Source: an uncultured Pelagibacteraceae bacterium (GTDB taxonomy: Bacteria; Pseudomonadota; Alphaproteobacteria; Pelagibacterales; Pelagibacteraceae). Taken from it: a DNA stretch of 64,000 bases. The stretch is taken from NCBI GenBank assembly GCA_902623215.1, contig CACNSS010000003.1, forward strand, positions 51,331 through 115,330. The letters run 5' to 3'. Under the pieces are notes generated by a model. It searched no databases, was not told where the DNA came from, and worked only from the letters and a program-made list of their open reading frames with translations. The translations under genes and the position numbers were made by a program. Below, one piece after another: positions 1 through 10,062 of this stretch. How positions within the stretch are numbered: the stretch's first letter is position 1; every line of letters starts with the position of its first letter.

Positions 1-485
1 TATCGCTGGTTAATTTCCTGTCTTTTTTTTGCTCTAACTCCAAGTGGGTCATTCATTTTTTGTCTCATACTTGACATGAACTCATAAATGAATGAATTTT
101 TAGTTAAATTGCCCTTTGTTGTTTTTTTAACAATATTTATTTTTTTCATATCATTTAAATTATAGAAATCCTTTTTCTTAAGTAGTCCATAATCATCAAT
201 CTCAAGAACAAGAACATCATTTTTATAAATTTTCATTTTACCTAAATTTTTCAAACGAGATTGTGTTTGTTTTCTTTCAATATAAATCCAAACATCATTG
301 TTAAATTTACTTCTAGTTGAGGGATTTCCTAATAGACCTATAATTTCATTTTTGTTTGACACATTTATCACTAAATTTTTTTGTTTTTTTTCAAGGAATG
401 AAACACCATGATGTTTTACAACTTTTTTAAAAGAACAATTAGTGACTATCAAAGATATAATAAATAGATATAATATATTTTTCAT
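1..485 (-). CDS. bamE: Outer membrane assembly lipoprotein BamE/OmlA family (stop codon cut by window edge)
   Basis: Manual translation from ATG at 485: [17 protein letters not shown] (lipobox) SFKKVVKHHG...NKNEIIGLLGNPSTRSKFNNDVWIYIER; open to base 1; divergent from the Cbp3-like gene as in Alphaproteobacteria. Confidence 0.8.
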   Translation of the reverse strand, partial: MKNILYLFIISLIVTNCSFKKVVKHHGVSFLEKKQKNLVINVSNKNEIIGLLGNPSTRSKFNNDVWIYIERKQTQSRLKNLGKMKIYKNDVLVLEIDDYGLLKKKDFYNLNDMKKINIVKKTTKGNLTKNSFIYEFMSSMRQKMNDPLGVRAKKRQEINQR

Positions 486-951
486 GGATAAAAATTTCAT
501 CAATATTTATAATTATTTAATTAATTACACTAGAAATGAACAATTATACAGTTCATTAAATAGAAATGATAATTTTTCTGATAGATTAACTCTTTTTTTA
601 TTACATTTTGCGTTTTTTTTAAAAAACTTTAAAAATGAGGAAAATAAAGAAGTTTTACAAAAAATTTATGATTTTAATTTTCGTCAATTAGAACTTAGCA
701 TAAGGGAAATTGGTTACGGAGATCAGTCAATTAACAAAAAAATGAAGGTTTATATTAATTTATTTCATTCTATGGTTAGTGAAATTCATTTTTGGGATGA
801 TTTGGATAGAGAAAAAAAAATTGAAAAATTATCAATTTTTTTAGAGGATTTTAAAAATATAGACGAATTTGTTGATTATTTTGAAGTTTTTAGAGAGGAA
901 TTATCAAAAAAAAATTTGAATTATTTAATAAAAGGTGTAATTAACACTTAA
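484..951 (+). CDS. Ubiquinol-cytochrome c chaperone (Cbp3/UQCC1 family)
   Basis: [13 protein letters not shown] and [16 protein letters not shown]-type motifs; start moved from GTG 442 (inside bamE) to ATG 484. Confidence 0.75.
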   Translation: MDKNFINIYNYLINYTRNEQLYSSLNRNDNFSDRLTLFLLHFAFFLKNFKNEENKEVLQKIYDFNFRQLELSIREIGYGDQSINKKMKVYINLFHSMVSEIHFWDDLDREKKIEKLSIFLEDFKNIDEFVDYFEVFREELSKKNLNYLIKGVINT

Positions 952-953
952 TT

Positions 954-1136
954 ATGGCAGTCCCAAAACGAAAACAAACACCATCAAGAACTGGTATGAG
1001 AAGATCTCAGAATATGAAATTTTCATCAAAAAACGTTATTGAAGATAAGAAAACTGGTGAGTACAGATTATCACATCATTTAGATTTAAAAACGGGAATG
1101 TATAAAGGAAGACAAGTTTTAGACCCTAAAGAATAA
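954..1136 (+). CDS. rpmF: 50S ribosomal protein L32
   Basis: [18 protein letters not shown]...[14 protein letters not shown]; precedes plsX. Confidence 0.95.
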   Translation: MAVPKRKQTPSRTGMRRSQNMKFSSKNVIEDKKTGEYRLSHHLDLKTGMYKGRQVLDPKE

Positions 1137-1152
1137 TTTTAAAGATTTTAAG

Positions 1153-2157
1153 ATGACTAAATTGATAAAAATTGCAGTAGATGCAATGGGCGGAGATAAT
1201 TCACCAAGGAAAATAATCGATGGAATTATTCATAATCACAAAAAAAATAAAGAAAATTTTTATAAGATTTATGGAAACAAAGACGAAATTTCAAAGCACT
1301 TAGATAATAAGATTAATAAGAGCTTTTACGAAATAATACATACTAATGACGTTGTGAAAAGTACAGATAGTCCATTAGAGGCTGCAAAGAGAGGTAAAAA
1401 AACAAGTATGTGGCTCTCAATCGAAAGTGTTAAAAACAAAGAAACTGATATTGTAATTTCTGCTGGTAATACTGGAGCTTTGTTAGTAATTGCAAAATTA
1501 AATTTAAAAATGCTTGAAAATATTGATAGACCAGCTTTATCTGCTTTGTGGCCAAACAAAAAAGGGATGAGTGTAGTTTTGGATCTCGGTGCAAATATTG
1601 AGTGTAGCTCAAAAAATTTAGCTGATTTTGCAATTATGGGAGCATCCTTGTATAAGTCTTTATATCCAAATGATGTTTCAAAAGTAGCTTTATTAAACAT
1701 AGGTTCTGAAGAACTAAAAGGAAATGAAACAATAAAAGAAACTTATCAATTGCTAAATGATAGAAAAAATCAAAACTTTGATTTCGAGGGTTACATAGAG
1801 GGCAATGAACTAATGAATGGTAAAGTAAATGTAATTGTTTCAGACGGATTTACTGGAAATGTTGCATTAAAAACAGCTGAGGGTACTGCAAATTTTATTA
1901 CAGATGAGTTAAAGAAAGCTTTGAGTGGATCATTTCTTGGAAAAATATCCTCTCTATTAAATATTTCAAATTTAAGAAAATTTAAAAAAAGATTAGATCC
2001 TAGATTATATAATGGAGCGATATTTGTAGGTTTAGATACACCAGTTGTTAAAAGTCATGGTGGAATAGATTATATTGGGTTCTCTAACTCTTTAGATGTT
2101 TGTAATAGAATTATTAAAGGAAATTTGATAAAAAAAATTAGGGAAAATATCAAATAA
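1153..2157 (+). CDS. plsX: Phosphate acyltransferase PlsX
   Basis: IAVDAMGGD, SAGNTGA, LLNIGSEELKG, DGFTGNVALK, VKSHG motifs. Confidence 0.97.
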   Translation: MTKLIKIAVDAMGGDNSPRKIIDGIIHNHKKNKENFYKIYGNKDEISKHLDNKINKSFYEIIHTNDVVKSTDSPLEAAKRGKKTSMWLSIESVKNKETDIVISAGNTGALLVIAKLNLKMLENIDRPALSALWPNKKGMSVVLDLGANIECSSKNLADFAIMGASLYKSLYPNDVSKVALLNIGSEELKGNETIKETYQLLNDRKNQNFDFEGYIEGNELMNGKVNVIVSDGFTGNVALKTAEGTANFITDELKKALSGSFLGKISSLLNISNLRKFKKRLDPRLYNGAIFVGLDTPVVKSHGGIDYIGFSNSLDVCNRIIKGNLIKKIRENIK

Positions 2158-2454
2158 ATGAGAACAAATTTAACTAAAAAAGATTTAGTTAATATTATTT
2201 ACATGCATGTAGGTTTTTCTAAACAAATATCAGAGCATTTAATAGATGAGTTTTTCTCTCTTATTACACAAAATCTTAAAAAAGAAAAAAAATTAAAATT
2301 AACAAAATTTGGTACATTTTTTATTAGATCAAAAAAATCTAGAATTGGAAGAAATCCTAAAACAAAGGAAGACAAGATTATTTCTGAGAGAAATGTAGTT
2401 TTATTTAAACCTTCTAAAGAATTTAAGGAATTTATAAATTTAAAAAATGAGTAA
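2158..2454 (+). CDS. ihfA: Integration host factor alpha (HU/IHF family)
   Basis: LTKKDL...FGTF..R.K..RIGRNPKT; plsX-ihfA-merR synteny. Confidence 0.88.
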   Translation: MRTNLTKKDLVNIIYMHVGFSKQISEHLIDEFFSLITQNLKKEKKLKLTKFGTFFIRSKKSRIGRNPKTKEDKIISERNVVLFKPSKEFKEFINLKNE

Positions 2455-2818
2455 ACATGAGAGCGCTTATAAAACAATAGGTGAGGTAGTCAAAATTATT
2501 GGCTTAAAATCTAAGAGAGGCGACACCTCCCCAACACATACAATAAGATATTGGGAAAAAGAATTTAAACAAATTAAGCCCAAGATTTTGAATGGCAATA
2601 GACGCTATTATGACAAAAAAAATATAGATTTAATCAGAAAAGTTCATTTTCTTTTAAAAGATCAAGGAATGACAATAAAAGGTGTTAAAAAAATTTTGAG
2701 TAATTTAGATACTTTAAAACTTGACGAAAATTTAAATGAATCTATAAAAGCTCACGATATTAGAAATAAATTAGTTAAAATTTCTAATATGATTAAAAGT
2801 TTAAAAAATAATAAGTAA
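2447..2818 (+). CDS. MerR-family HTH regulator
   Basis: YKTIGEV...HTIRYWEKEF..IKP...NRRYY; conserved position downstream of ihfA. Confidence 0.88.
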   Translation: MSKHESAYKTIGEVVKIIGLKSKRGDTSPTHTIRYWEKEFKQIKPKILNGNRRYYDKKNIDLIRKVHFLLKDQGMTIKGVKKILSNLDTLKLDENLNESIKAHDIRNKLVKISNMIKSLKNNK

Positions 2819-2819
2819 T

Positions 2820-3011
2820 ATGGCTAAAAAAACTCATGTTAAAGTAAGACTTGTTCCTGAGTCAAAACCAGACAGCTCTTTTTTTTATTATGTTAAAAAA
2901 CCTGCAGGAGGAGAAAAAGCTAAGGTAAAGCTTAAAGCAAAAAAATATAACCCTGTTACTAGAAAACATGAAATTTTTGTGGAAAAGAAACTTCCACCAC
3001 ACAGTAAATAA
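2820..3011 (+). CDS. rpmG: 50S ribosomal protein L33
   Basis: MAKK..VKVRLV...FFYY.KK...KKYNPVTRKHEIFVE. Confidence 0.9.
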   Translation: MAKKTHVKVRLVPESKPDSSFFYYVKKPAGGEKAKVKLKAKKYNPVTRKHEIFVEKKLPPHSK

Positions 3012-3302
3012 CTATTTTCTCTTGAAGTTTCTCTTTTCGTAATCGATATATGCATAAATCATATTTTTCCAAATCTTATTTGTAATTTTTGGATCAATAT
3101 TATTTTTCTGAGATTTTTTCTTTATATTTAATAAGATTTCTTTAATTCTTTTTTTATCAACTATTTGACTTTTTTTTTCTTTTAGTAAAAGCACTTTTTT
3201 GACTAAAAATGTTCTTTTTTTAATTAGCTTTATAAGTAAATTATCAAGTTTATCTAGTTCAGATCTAATTTTACTTAGTTTTTTTATTTTTAAAGGCGAC
3301 AT
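3012..3302 (-). CDS. Chorismate mutase (AroQ type)
   Basis: LSKIRSELDKLD..LIKLIKKR...K....IVD..R pattern. Confidence 0.85.
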   Translation of the reverse strand: MSPLKIKKLSKIRSELDKLDNLLIKLIKKRTFLVKKVLLLKEKKSQIVDKKRIKEILLNIKKKSQKNNIDPKITNKIWKNMIYAYIDYEKRNFKRK

Positions 3303-3345
3303 TTATTAAATTGGATTTGTTAATAATTATTATATTTATCATTAT

Positions 3346-4368
3346 ATGTATATAGAGAATAGTCTATTAAAAAAATACATGTCATTATGGCTAATGTTCA
3401 TGTTTTTTTTGATAACTTTTATGATTGTAGTGGGTGGTCTGACAAGACTAACTGATTCTGGTCTCTCAATAACGAAGTGGGAATTATTTTCTGGAACATT
3501 ACCTCCTCTAAGTGATGCCGTATGGTTAAATTATTTTGAAGAGTATAAAAAGATACCAGAATATAAAATGCAAAATTATTCTATGACCATGAGTGAATTT
3601 AAAGTTATTTTTTGGTGGGAGTGGGCACATCGTTTTTTAGGAAGACTAATTGGTCTAGGATTTTTAATTCCTCTAATATATTTTTCTTTTAAGATTAAGT
3701 TAACAAAATTATTAAATCTTTATTCAATTTTCTTCCTTATATGTTTTCAAGGTTTCCTAGGTTGGTATATGGTTTCAAGTGGGTTAGTTGATAGATTAGA
3801 CGTAAGTCATTTTCGACTATCAATTCATCTATTAATGGCATTTTTGATTTTGTCTTTAATTTTATGGAATTATTTTAAGTTGAATTTTGATATAAAAGAG
3901 CAATCACAATTAAATATTTTTTTTCCTCTAATCTTTTTATTTCTAGTTTTTTTGCAAATAGTTATTGGTGCTTTTGTTTCAGGTATGGACGCTGGTTTAA
4001 TCTATAATTCATGGCCCATGATGGGCAATACTTACTTTCCAGATGATAATAAATTGGCAAATCTATTTAATTTAGCTGCATTTAGTGATGCATCATTAGT
4101 TCAATTTTTTCATAGAAATTTAGCATATGTAATACTTTTTTATTATTTTTGGATTTTATTTAAAATTTATAAATATCGAATAAAAAATTGTTTTTTTGCA
4201 ATTAATTTAGTTGGCTTTTTCTTACTTACTCAAGTCATTCTTGGAATATTCACTTTATTAAATGGAGCTCAAATAGTTTTAGCATCAATGCATCAATTAA
4301 GTTCAATATTTCTTGTTAGTGCATCAGTATATTTTTTATATCTTAATAAAAGAATTAATTCTTTTTAA
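3346..4368 (+). CDS. ctaA: Heme A synthase (COX15/CtaA)
   Basis: VGGLTRLTDSGLSITKW, WEWAHRFLGR, QG.LGWYMVSSGL, QFFHR, MHQ. Confidence 0.95.
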   Translation: MYIENSLLKKYMSLWLMFMFFLITFMIVVGGLTRLTDSGLSITKWELFSGTLPPLSDAVWLNYFEEYKKIPEYKMQNYSMTMSEFKVIFWWEWAHRFLGRLIGLGFLIPLIYFSFKIKLTKLLNLYSIFFLICFQGFLGWYMVSSGLVDRLDVSHFRLSIHLLMAFLILSLILWNYFKLNFDIKEQSQLNIFFPLIFLFLVFLQIVIGAFVSGMDAGLIYNSWPMMGNTYFPDDNKLANLFNLAAFSDASLVQFFHRNLAYVILFYYFWILFKIYKYRIKNCFFAINLVGFFLLTQVILGIFTLLNGAQIVLASMHQLSSIFLVSASVYFLYLNKRINSF

Positions 4369-5173
4369 TAGGAAAATAAGTAAGGATAAATTTTTTTAGT
4401 ACATTTAAGACTTTATCAGCTTCCTCTAAGAGCATCATGTGCCCACAATTATCAATTATTTCAACTTTACTTCCATCTATTAAATCTGCTAATTTTTTTC
4501 CTTCCTTTACAGGACACATCTTATCTCCATTTGCCAAAATAGATAAAGTAGGGATTTTTATTTCTTTGGCAGCCTTAAAACCATTCTTGTAATTATCACA
4601 AGCTCTAAAATCTATTCCTAATGTATTTTTGATAGTTCTGGACTTAGCCAACATTCCACCTGTATTGATGTGATATAAACCTGGAACTGGGTGTCCACCA
4701 AAGTGTCCGGCTGGACCATGTGCCCAGTCCATCATCAAATCAACGGCTTTCGGATCATCGTTTTCTGCTAGAGATAATAATTCTGGATTCATAGGAATAG
4801 CTCCAGCACCACCCATTAAACTTAGTGTTTTTATTTTTTTGGGAAACCTAAATGCACATTCTAAAATAACCAAACATCCTTGGGAATGACCAACTAGAGA
4901 AGCCTCTTTATAACCTACCGCATCTATAACATCACTAATCCAATTAGCCATATCTTCAATTGTTTTCAAGCTCTCACCTCCAGAAAGACCATGTCCAGGC
5001 ATATCTAAAGCTAAAACACTATAACCATGAAAAGCAAAATACCTAGTTTGAAGCACCCATGTCATATGAGTTAATCCACTACCATGAACAAAAATTATCA
5101 GTGGTTTTTTTTTGTCGAAAGGTCGTCCACCTGTAGAAGCAAAAACTTCTACACCATTGACTTTAAATTTCAT
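4355..5173 (-). CDS. Alpha/beta-fold hydrolase
   Basis: HG oxyanion motif, DMPGHG, GHSQG nucleophile, C-terminal GH; overlaps metY stop by 4 nt. Confidence 0.9.
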   Translation of the reverse strand: MKFKVNGVEVFASTGGRPFDKKKPLIIFVHGSGLTHMTWVLQTRYFAFHGYSVLALDMPGHGLSGGESLKTIEDMANWISDVIDAVGYKEASLVGHSQGCLVILECAFRFPKKIKTLSLMGGAGAIPMNPELLSLAENDDPKAVDLMMDWAHGPAGHFGGHPVPGLYHINTGGMLAKSRTIKNTLGIDFRACDNYKNGFKAAKEIKIPTLSILANGDKMCPVKEGKKLADLIDGSKVEIIDNCGHMMLLEEADKVLNVLKKFILTYFPIKKN

Positions 5174-6504
5174 TGATTGGAAACAAGTCTTGGTCGTCTT
5201 GCAGCTCTAAAACCTGTTTCAAAGTCATTTCTAATATCATCAAAATCTTCTATCCCCACAGACAGTCTAATCATATCTTGAGATAATCCAGCAAATTTTA
5301 ATGTAGCCTCATCCATTTGAGAGTGTGTAGAGGATGCTGGATGAATTACTAAGGTTCTAGTATCACCAACATTTGCAAGATGTGAAGCAAGTTTAACATT
5401 ATTTATAAATGCTTCTCCTGCTTCTTTACCACCTTTGATACCAAAAGCTATCATAGAACCCTTACCATGTGGTAAAAGTTTTTTTGCTAAATCGTGGTCT
5501 GGGTGATCTGGAACACTTGGATGTGAAACCCAAGCAACACTCTCATGGCTTAATAGATATTCAACCATTTTTTCTGCGTTAGAACAATGCTTTTGCATTC
5601 TAACAGATAAAGTTTCAATACCTTGTAAAACATTCCAGGCATTTTGTGGACTCAAACATGGTCCAAAATCTCTCATACCTTCGGCTCTTGCTTTCATTGT
5701 AAACGCTGTAGGACCAAACTCTTCAGCAAATGAAAGTCCATGGTAACCTTCATAAGGTTTAGTCATAGTTGGAAATTTATCATTTTGCATCCAATCAAAT
5801 TTTCCACCCTCTACTAAGATACCTGCCATTGATGAACCGTGACCTGCCATCCATTTTGTAAGTGAATGAACAACAATATCAGCACCATGATCAATTGGTT
5901 TGCAAAGATATGGTGTTTGATAAGTAGCATCTATAATTAAAGGAACTCCAGCATTATGAGCAATCTTAGCTATTTCAGGCATATTCATTATTTCGTTTCC
6001 AGGATTTCCAACAAGCTCACCGAAAATACCTTTAGTATTTTTTTGAATTGCTTTTTTAAAACCTTCAGTATCTCTTGGTTTTACAAATGTACATTTGACA
6101 CCAAATTTTGGTAAAGTAAGCCTAAATAAATTTACAGTCCCACCATAAAGCTGAGACGAAACTACTAAATGATCTCCAGCTTCACATAAAGTCATTATCG
6201 TTAAAAAAATTGCACTCATCCCAGATGAAGTTGCTAAGGCTGCTGTACCTCCTTCTAAGGCCGCAACTCTCTCCTCTAATACTGCAACTGTAGGATTAGA
6301 AATTCTGCTATAGATATGACCACCTCTTTCTAAATTAAAAAGTGCTGCAGCATGATCAACATCATCAAACAAATATGATGTAGTTTGATAAATTGGTACT
6401 TGTCTTGAACCAGCATTTTTATGAGGCTGATAGCCAGCATGAAGACTTAGTGTATCAAATTTGTAAGTTTTAGGATCTGTGCTTTTCTTTTTTTTGTCGG
6501 TCAT
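5170..6504 (-). CDS. metY: O-acetylhomoserine aminocarboxypropyltransferase/sulfhydrylase (PLP)
   Basis: PIYQTTSY, YSRISNPT, SSGMSA, HSLTKW (PLP Lys), ANVGDTRTLVIHPASSTH. Confidence 0.93.
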   Translation of the reverse strand: MTDKKKKSTDPKTYKFDTLSLHAGYQPHKNAGSRQVPIYQTTSYLFDDVDHAAALFNLERGGHIYSRISNPTVAVLEERVAALEGGTAALATSSGMSAIFLTIMTLCEAGDHLVVSSQLYGGTVNLFRLTLPKFGVKCTFVKPRDTEGFKKAIQKNTKGIFGELVGNPGNEIMNMPEIAKIAHNAGVPLIIDATYQTPYLCKPIDHGADIVVHSLTKWMAGHGSSMAGILVEGGKFDWMQNDKFPTMTKPYEGYHGLSFAEEFGPTAFTMKARAEGMRDFGPCLSPQNAWNVLQGIETLSVRMQKHCSNAEKMVEYLLSHESVAWVSHPSVPDHPDHDLAKKLLPHGKGSMIAFGIKGGKEAGEAFINNVKLASHLANVGDTRTLVIHPASSTHSQMDEATLKFAGLSQDMIRLSVGIEDFDDIRNDFETGFRAARRPRLVSNQ

Positions 6505-6556
6505 AAATTTTCCTTGATTTTAAATATTAATAACTAACTATCAATATTAATATAAA

Positions 6557-6585
6557 TTGACAATATCACATTTATCAGTATTAAT
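6557..6585 (+). promoter_or_regulatory. Putative sigma70 promoter of rplM-rpsI
   Basis: TTGACA at 6557-6562 and TATTAAT at 6579-6585, about 10 nt before ATG 6596. Confidence 0.5.
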
Positions 6586-6595
6586 CCGGCCAATC

Positions 6596-7054
6596 ATGAC
6601 TAAATTTATCAAAAAAGAGCAATTATCACCATCATGGTATGAGATTGATGCAACAAATGCAGTTGTAGGTAGACTCGCTACAGTAATATCCAAAATTATA
6701 AGAGGAAAAAATAAAGCTACTTATACACCACATATGAATAGTGGGGATTTTGTTGTTGTTAAAAATATCGAACAAATAAGATTTACAGGAAAAAAATTTC
6801 AGAATAAAAAATACTATAAACACACTGGTCATCCTGGTGGAATCAAAGAAACTACCCCTGAAAAACTTAAAGAAAAAAAACCAGGTGAGATTTTAAAATT
6901 AGCTGTAAAAAGAATGCTACCTACTGGAGTATTAGGTAGAGAACAGCTTTCCAAGTTAAAAATTTATAGTGGGGACAATCATCCTCATTCAGCTCAAAAT
7001 CCTAAAGTAATAGAACTAAATAAACTTAATAATAAAAATATTGTAAGAAATTAA
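6596..7054 (+). CDS. rplM: 50S ribosomal protein L13
   Basis: WYEIDA...GRLAT...GKNK.TYTPH...GDFVVV...HTGHPGG; start moved to ATG 6596. Confidence 0.97.
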   Translation: MTKFIKKEQLSPSWYEIDATNAVVGRLATVISKIIRGKNKATYTPHMNSGDFVVVKNIEQIRFTGKKFQNKKYYKHTGHPGGIKETTPEKLKEKKPGEILKLAVKRMLPTGVLGREQLSKLKIYSGDNHPHSAQNPKVIELNKLNNKNIVRN

Positions 7055-7055
7055 T

Positions 7056-7493
7056 ATGGAAAGTGCTCAACAAAATCAAAAAAAAATAAAGTTAAAATTA
7101 GATTTTAAAGATAGCAAATATGCCACTGGTAGAAGAAAAACTTCAATTGCAAAAGTTTGGCTTAAAAAAGGCTCTGGTAAAATTTATGTTAATGGAAAAC
7201 TTTATAGTGAATATTTTTCAAGTGATAATCATAAAATGCAAATAACAAAACCCTTTGAATTGATTAAACAACCCACTGATTTTGACGTTAGATGTAATGT
7301 AAAGGGTGGGGGACCAACGGGTCAAGCTGGAGCAATGGTTCATGGAATTTCTAAAGCTTTAGTTTTATTTGATGAAAATTTTAAAACATCACTTAGAACT
7401 GAAAAACTAACCACTCGCGATTCTCGTGCTGTTGAAAGAAAAAAACCTGGAAGAAAAAAAGCGAGAAGAAGTTTCCAGTTTTCTAAAAGATAA
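7056..7493 (+). CDS. rpsI: 30S ribosomal protein S9
   Basis: ATGRRKTS.A, GGG.TGQAGA, ERKKPGRKKARRSFQFSKR. Confidence 0.98.
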   Translation: MESAQQNQKKIKLKLDFKDSKYATGRRKTSIAKVWLKKGSGKIYVNGKLYSEYFSSDNHKMQITKPFELIKQPTDFDVRCNVKGGGPTGQAGAMVHGISKALVLFDENFKTSLRTEKLTTRDSRAVERKKPGRKKARRSFQFSKR

Positions 7494-7526
7494 TTTTCTT
7501 TTAATAATTAACTGTTATAATAAAAA

Positions 7527-8549
7527 ATGTCTAAGCTTAATGTATTAATTTCTGGATCGACTGGATATATAGGTATTCAATTAATTAAATTGTTAGTCAA
7601 ACATAGATATGTAAAAATTAAATATCTTTGTGGAAATTCTTCCGTTGGAAAAAAGATTTCATATTTTGATAAATCTTTAATTAATAAAAAATTACCAAAA
7701 ATTGTAAAATTTAATAAAAAATATCTTAATGAAATTGACATAATTTTTACAGCACTTCCCAATGGTGAAGCTCAGGTAATTTCAAATTATTTAAAAAAAA
7801 ATAATGTGTTAATTGATTTAGCTGCCGATTTTAGACTAAAAAAAGCTTCTGATTATTTTAAGTGGTATAAACAGAAACACAAATCAACTAAGAATATTAA
7901 AAAAAGTATTTATTCAATACCAGAAATTTCAAAACAAGAAGTTAAAAAATTTAATATAATTGCTTGTCCTGGATGTTACCCAACTTCGATTCTATTACCT
8001 TTAATTCCATTAGTTGAGAAAAAAATGATTCGATTAAACAACATTATTATTGACTCTAAATCAGGATATTCAGGCGCAGGTAGAGGAGTTCACAAAAAAT
8101 ATAAAGATCAAAATTTATATGAGTCAATTAGTGCTTATGGAGTTGGGTTCCACAGACACAATTCAGAAATAGAGCAAACTTTAAAAGAATATTCAAACAA
8201 AAAAATTGAATTTAATTTCACTCCACATCTAACACCAATGTTTAGAGGAATTTTGAGTACAATTTATGTAGAGGTCAACAAAAATGTTTCTCAAAACAAA
8301 ATCAAAAAAGTTTTAGCAAATTATTATAAGAACGATATTTTTATCAAAATTCTAAAAAACGATGCTTTAATAAGTACTAATGATGTAATAAATACTAACA
8401 AATGTCTTATATCAGTATGTAAGACGAAAAATAAAAATAAGTTAATTATTCTTTCAACAATAGATAATCTTATCAAGGGTGGATCTGGTCAAGGTATACA
8501 AAACATGAATTTAAAGTTTGGATTTCCTTTAAAAACTGGACTTATATGA
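7527..8549 (+). CDS. argC: N-acetyl-gamma-glutamyl-phosphate reductase
   Basis: GSTGYIG, DLAADFRL, ACPGCYPT, SGYSGAGR, IDNLIKG..GQ. Confidence 0.96.
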   Translation: MSKLNVLISGSTGYIGIQLIKLLVKHRYVKIKYLCGNSSVGKKISYFDKSLINKKLPKIVKFNKKYLNEIDIIFTALPNGEAQVISNYLKKNNVLIDLAADFRLKKASDYFKWYKQKHKSTKNIKKSIYSIPEISKQEVKKFNIIACPGCYPTSILLPLIPLVEKKMIRLNNIIIDSKSGYSGAGRGVHKKYKDQNLYESISAYGVGFHRHNSEIEQTLKEYSNKKIEFNFTPHLTPMFRGILSTIYVEVNKNVSQNKIKKVLANYYKNDIFIKILKNDALISTNDVINTNKCLISVCKTKNKNKLIILSTIDNLIKGGSGQGIQNMNLKFGFPLKTGLI

Positions 8550-8773
8550 GAAAAATAAATCTAATTTTAATTTTAATAATCTTCTCATCATGTTCTTTTA
8601 GTAATGATTCTGCTTATTGGAATGAACACAACAAAAAAAAAGTTAAAGAACAAAAAAAATTGGCTAAAATAATTAAAAAATCAAAAGATATTACATTAAT
8701 GTCTCTAGATGAGTACAAGATTTATATAGATGATTACATTAAAAAAAGTAAATATCCTGATATAGCAAGATGA
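8546..8773 (+). CDS. Small hypothetical lipoprotein
   Basis: Signal peptide ending FSSC; ATGA-type overlaps with argC and hom. Confidence 0.65.
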   Translation: MRKINLILILIIFSSCSFSNDSAYWNEHNKKKVKEQKKLAKIIKKSKDITLMSLDEYKIYIDDYIKKSKYPDIAR

Positions 8774-10062
8774 AAAATTTAGTAAATATTGCAATAATTG
8801 GCTTAGGACAAATAGGTATTTACCTTTACAATGAGTTGAGATCAAAAAAAAAAGAAATTGAGAGAAAAACTGGAAAAAAAATTAATATTGTTGCTATATC
8901 AGCAAAAAATAGGAACAAAAAAAGAAGATTTCAAATTCAAAAAAATATATTCTTTAAAAAACCACTTCAAATTTTTAGAGATAAAAAAATAGATGTACTA
9001 TTTGAATGCATAGGTCAATCTGACGGTATTTCAAAAAAGATAGTCGAAACTGCTCTTAAAAATAAAATACATGTCATAACACCTAACAAAGCTTTAATTG
9101 CAAAACATGGGGATCGTTTAGCAAAACTTGCTGAAAAAAATAATGTAAATTTAGAATTTGAAGCCTCTGTTGCAGGAGGGATCCCTATCTTAAGAACGAT
9201 TAAGGAAGGTTTAGCAACAAATAAAATCGATAAAGTCTACGGAATTTTGAATGGAACAACCAACTTTATCTTATCCGAAATGGAAAATAGTAACGAAAAC
9301 TTTAATAAAGTTTTACAAAAAGCACAACAACTTGGTTATGCAGAGCCAGGAAACCCAAAACTTGATCTGAATGGGTTTGATGCGTTTGCGAAAGTAAGAA
9401 TTTTATCTGCTCTCTCATTTAATACAAAAATTTCTAAACATAAATGTATAATGCAAGGTATTGAAAATATCGATTTAAAAGACATTAAAATCGCAGGTCA
9501 ATTAGGATTAAGAGTTAAACTTCTTGGTATTTCTGAAGTAATCAATCATAAATTATTTGAAACTGTGCATCCATGCTTAGTTAGTAAAAATACTTATATT
9601 GGAAATGTTAATGGGGTTATGAATGCTGTTATTATAGAGGGTAAACCAATAGGTGAGAGTGTCCTGCAAGGCGAGGGCGCTGGCCCGGGTCCAACCTCAT
9701 CTTCTCTATTGTCTGATTTATTGTCAATTTTGAGAGGAAATATTAAGTATCCATTTGGTTTATCCTCAAAAAAAAGAAAATCTCTTAAATCATTTAATAA
9801 TGATAATTATACTAATTCTTTGTATCTTAGATTTGAGGTGAATGACAAACAAGGGGTTCTTTCTCTTATAACAAACAGATTATCTAAATATAAAATTTCT
9901 GTAAAAAGAATAATTCAGACACCAGATAAAAAAAACAAGAAGGCGACAATAGTCATCATTACCCATAAAACTTCTGAGAAGAATGCTAGTAATTGCTTAT
10001 CTATATTTAGAAAAAACAAGAATATTCTTAGATCTCCAACATTAATTCGATTATATAATTAA
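8770..10062 (+). CDS. hom: Homoserine dehydrogenase with C-terminal ACT domain
   Basis: IGLGQIG, NKALIA, EASVAGGIP, GILNGTTN, LGYAE, GEGAG..PT. Confidence 0.96.
   Translation: MKNLVNIAIIGLGQIGIYLYNELRSKKKEIERKTGKKINIVAISAKNRNKKRRFQIQKNIFFKKPLQIFRDKKIDVLFECIGQSDGISKKIVETALKNKIHVITPNKALIAKHGDRLAKLAEKNNVNLEFEASVAGGIPILRTIKEGLATNKIDKVYGILNGTTNFILSEMENSNENFNKVLQKAQQLGYAEPGNPKLDLNGFDAFAKVRILSALSFNTKISKHKCIMQGIENIDLKDIKIAGQLGLRVKLLGISEVINHKLFETVHPCLVSKNTYIGNVNGVMNAVIIEGKPIGESVLQGEGAGPGPTSSSLLSDLLSILRGNIKYPFGLSSKKRKSLKSFNNDNYTNSLYLRFEVNDKQGVLSLITNRLSKYKISVKRIIQTPDKKNKKATIVIITHKTSEKNASNCLSIFRKNKNILRSPTLIRLYN

Noticed and set aside
954-3011. Cys-free L32 and L33 as Zn-sparing paralogs
   Set aside because: Cys-free forms are usual in Alphaproteobacteria, and no Zur box is seen upstream.
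6505-6595. SAM-II/SAM-V riboswitch upstream of metY
   Set aside because: Leader is almost all A/T with no recognisable pseudoknot core.
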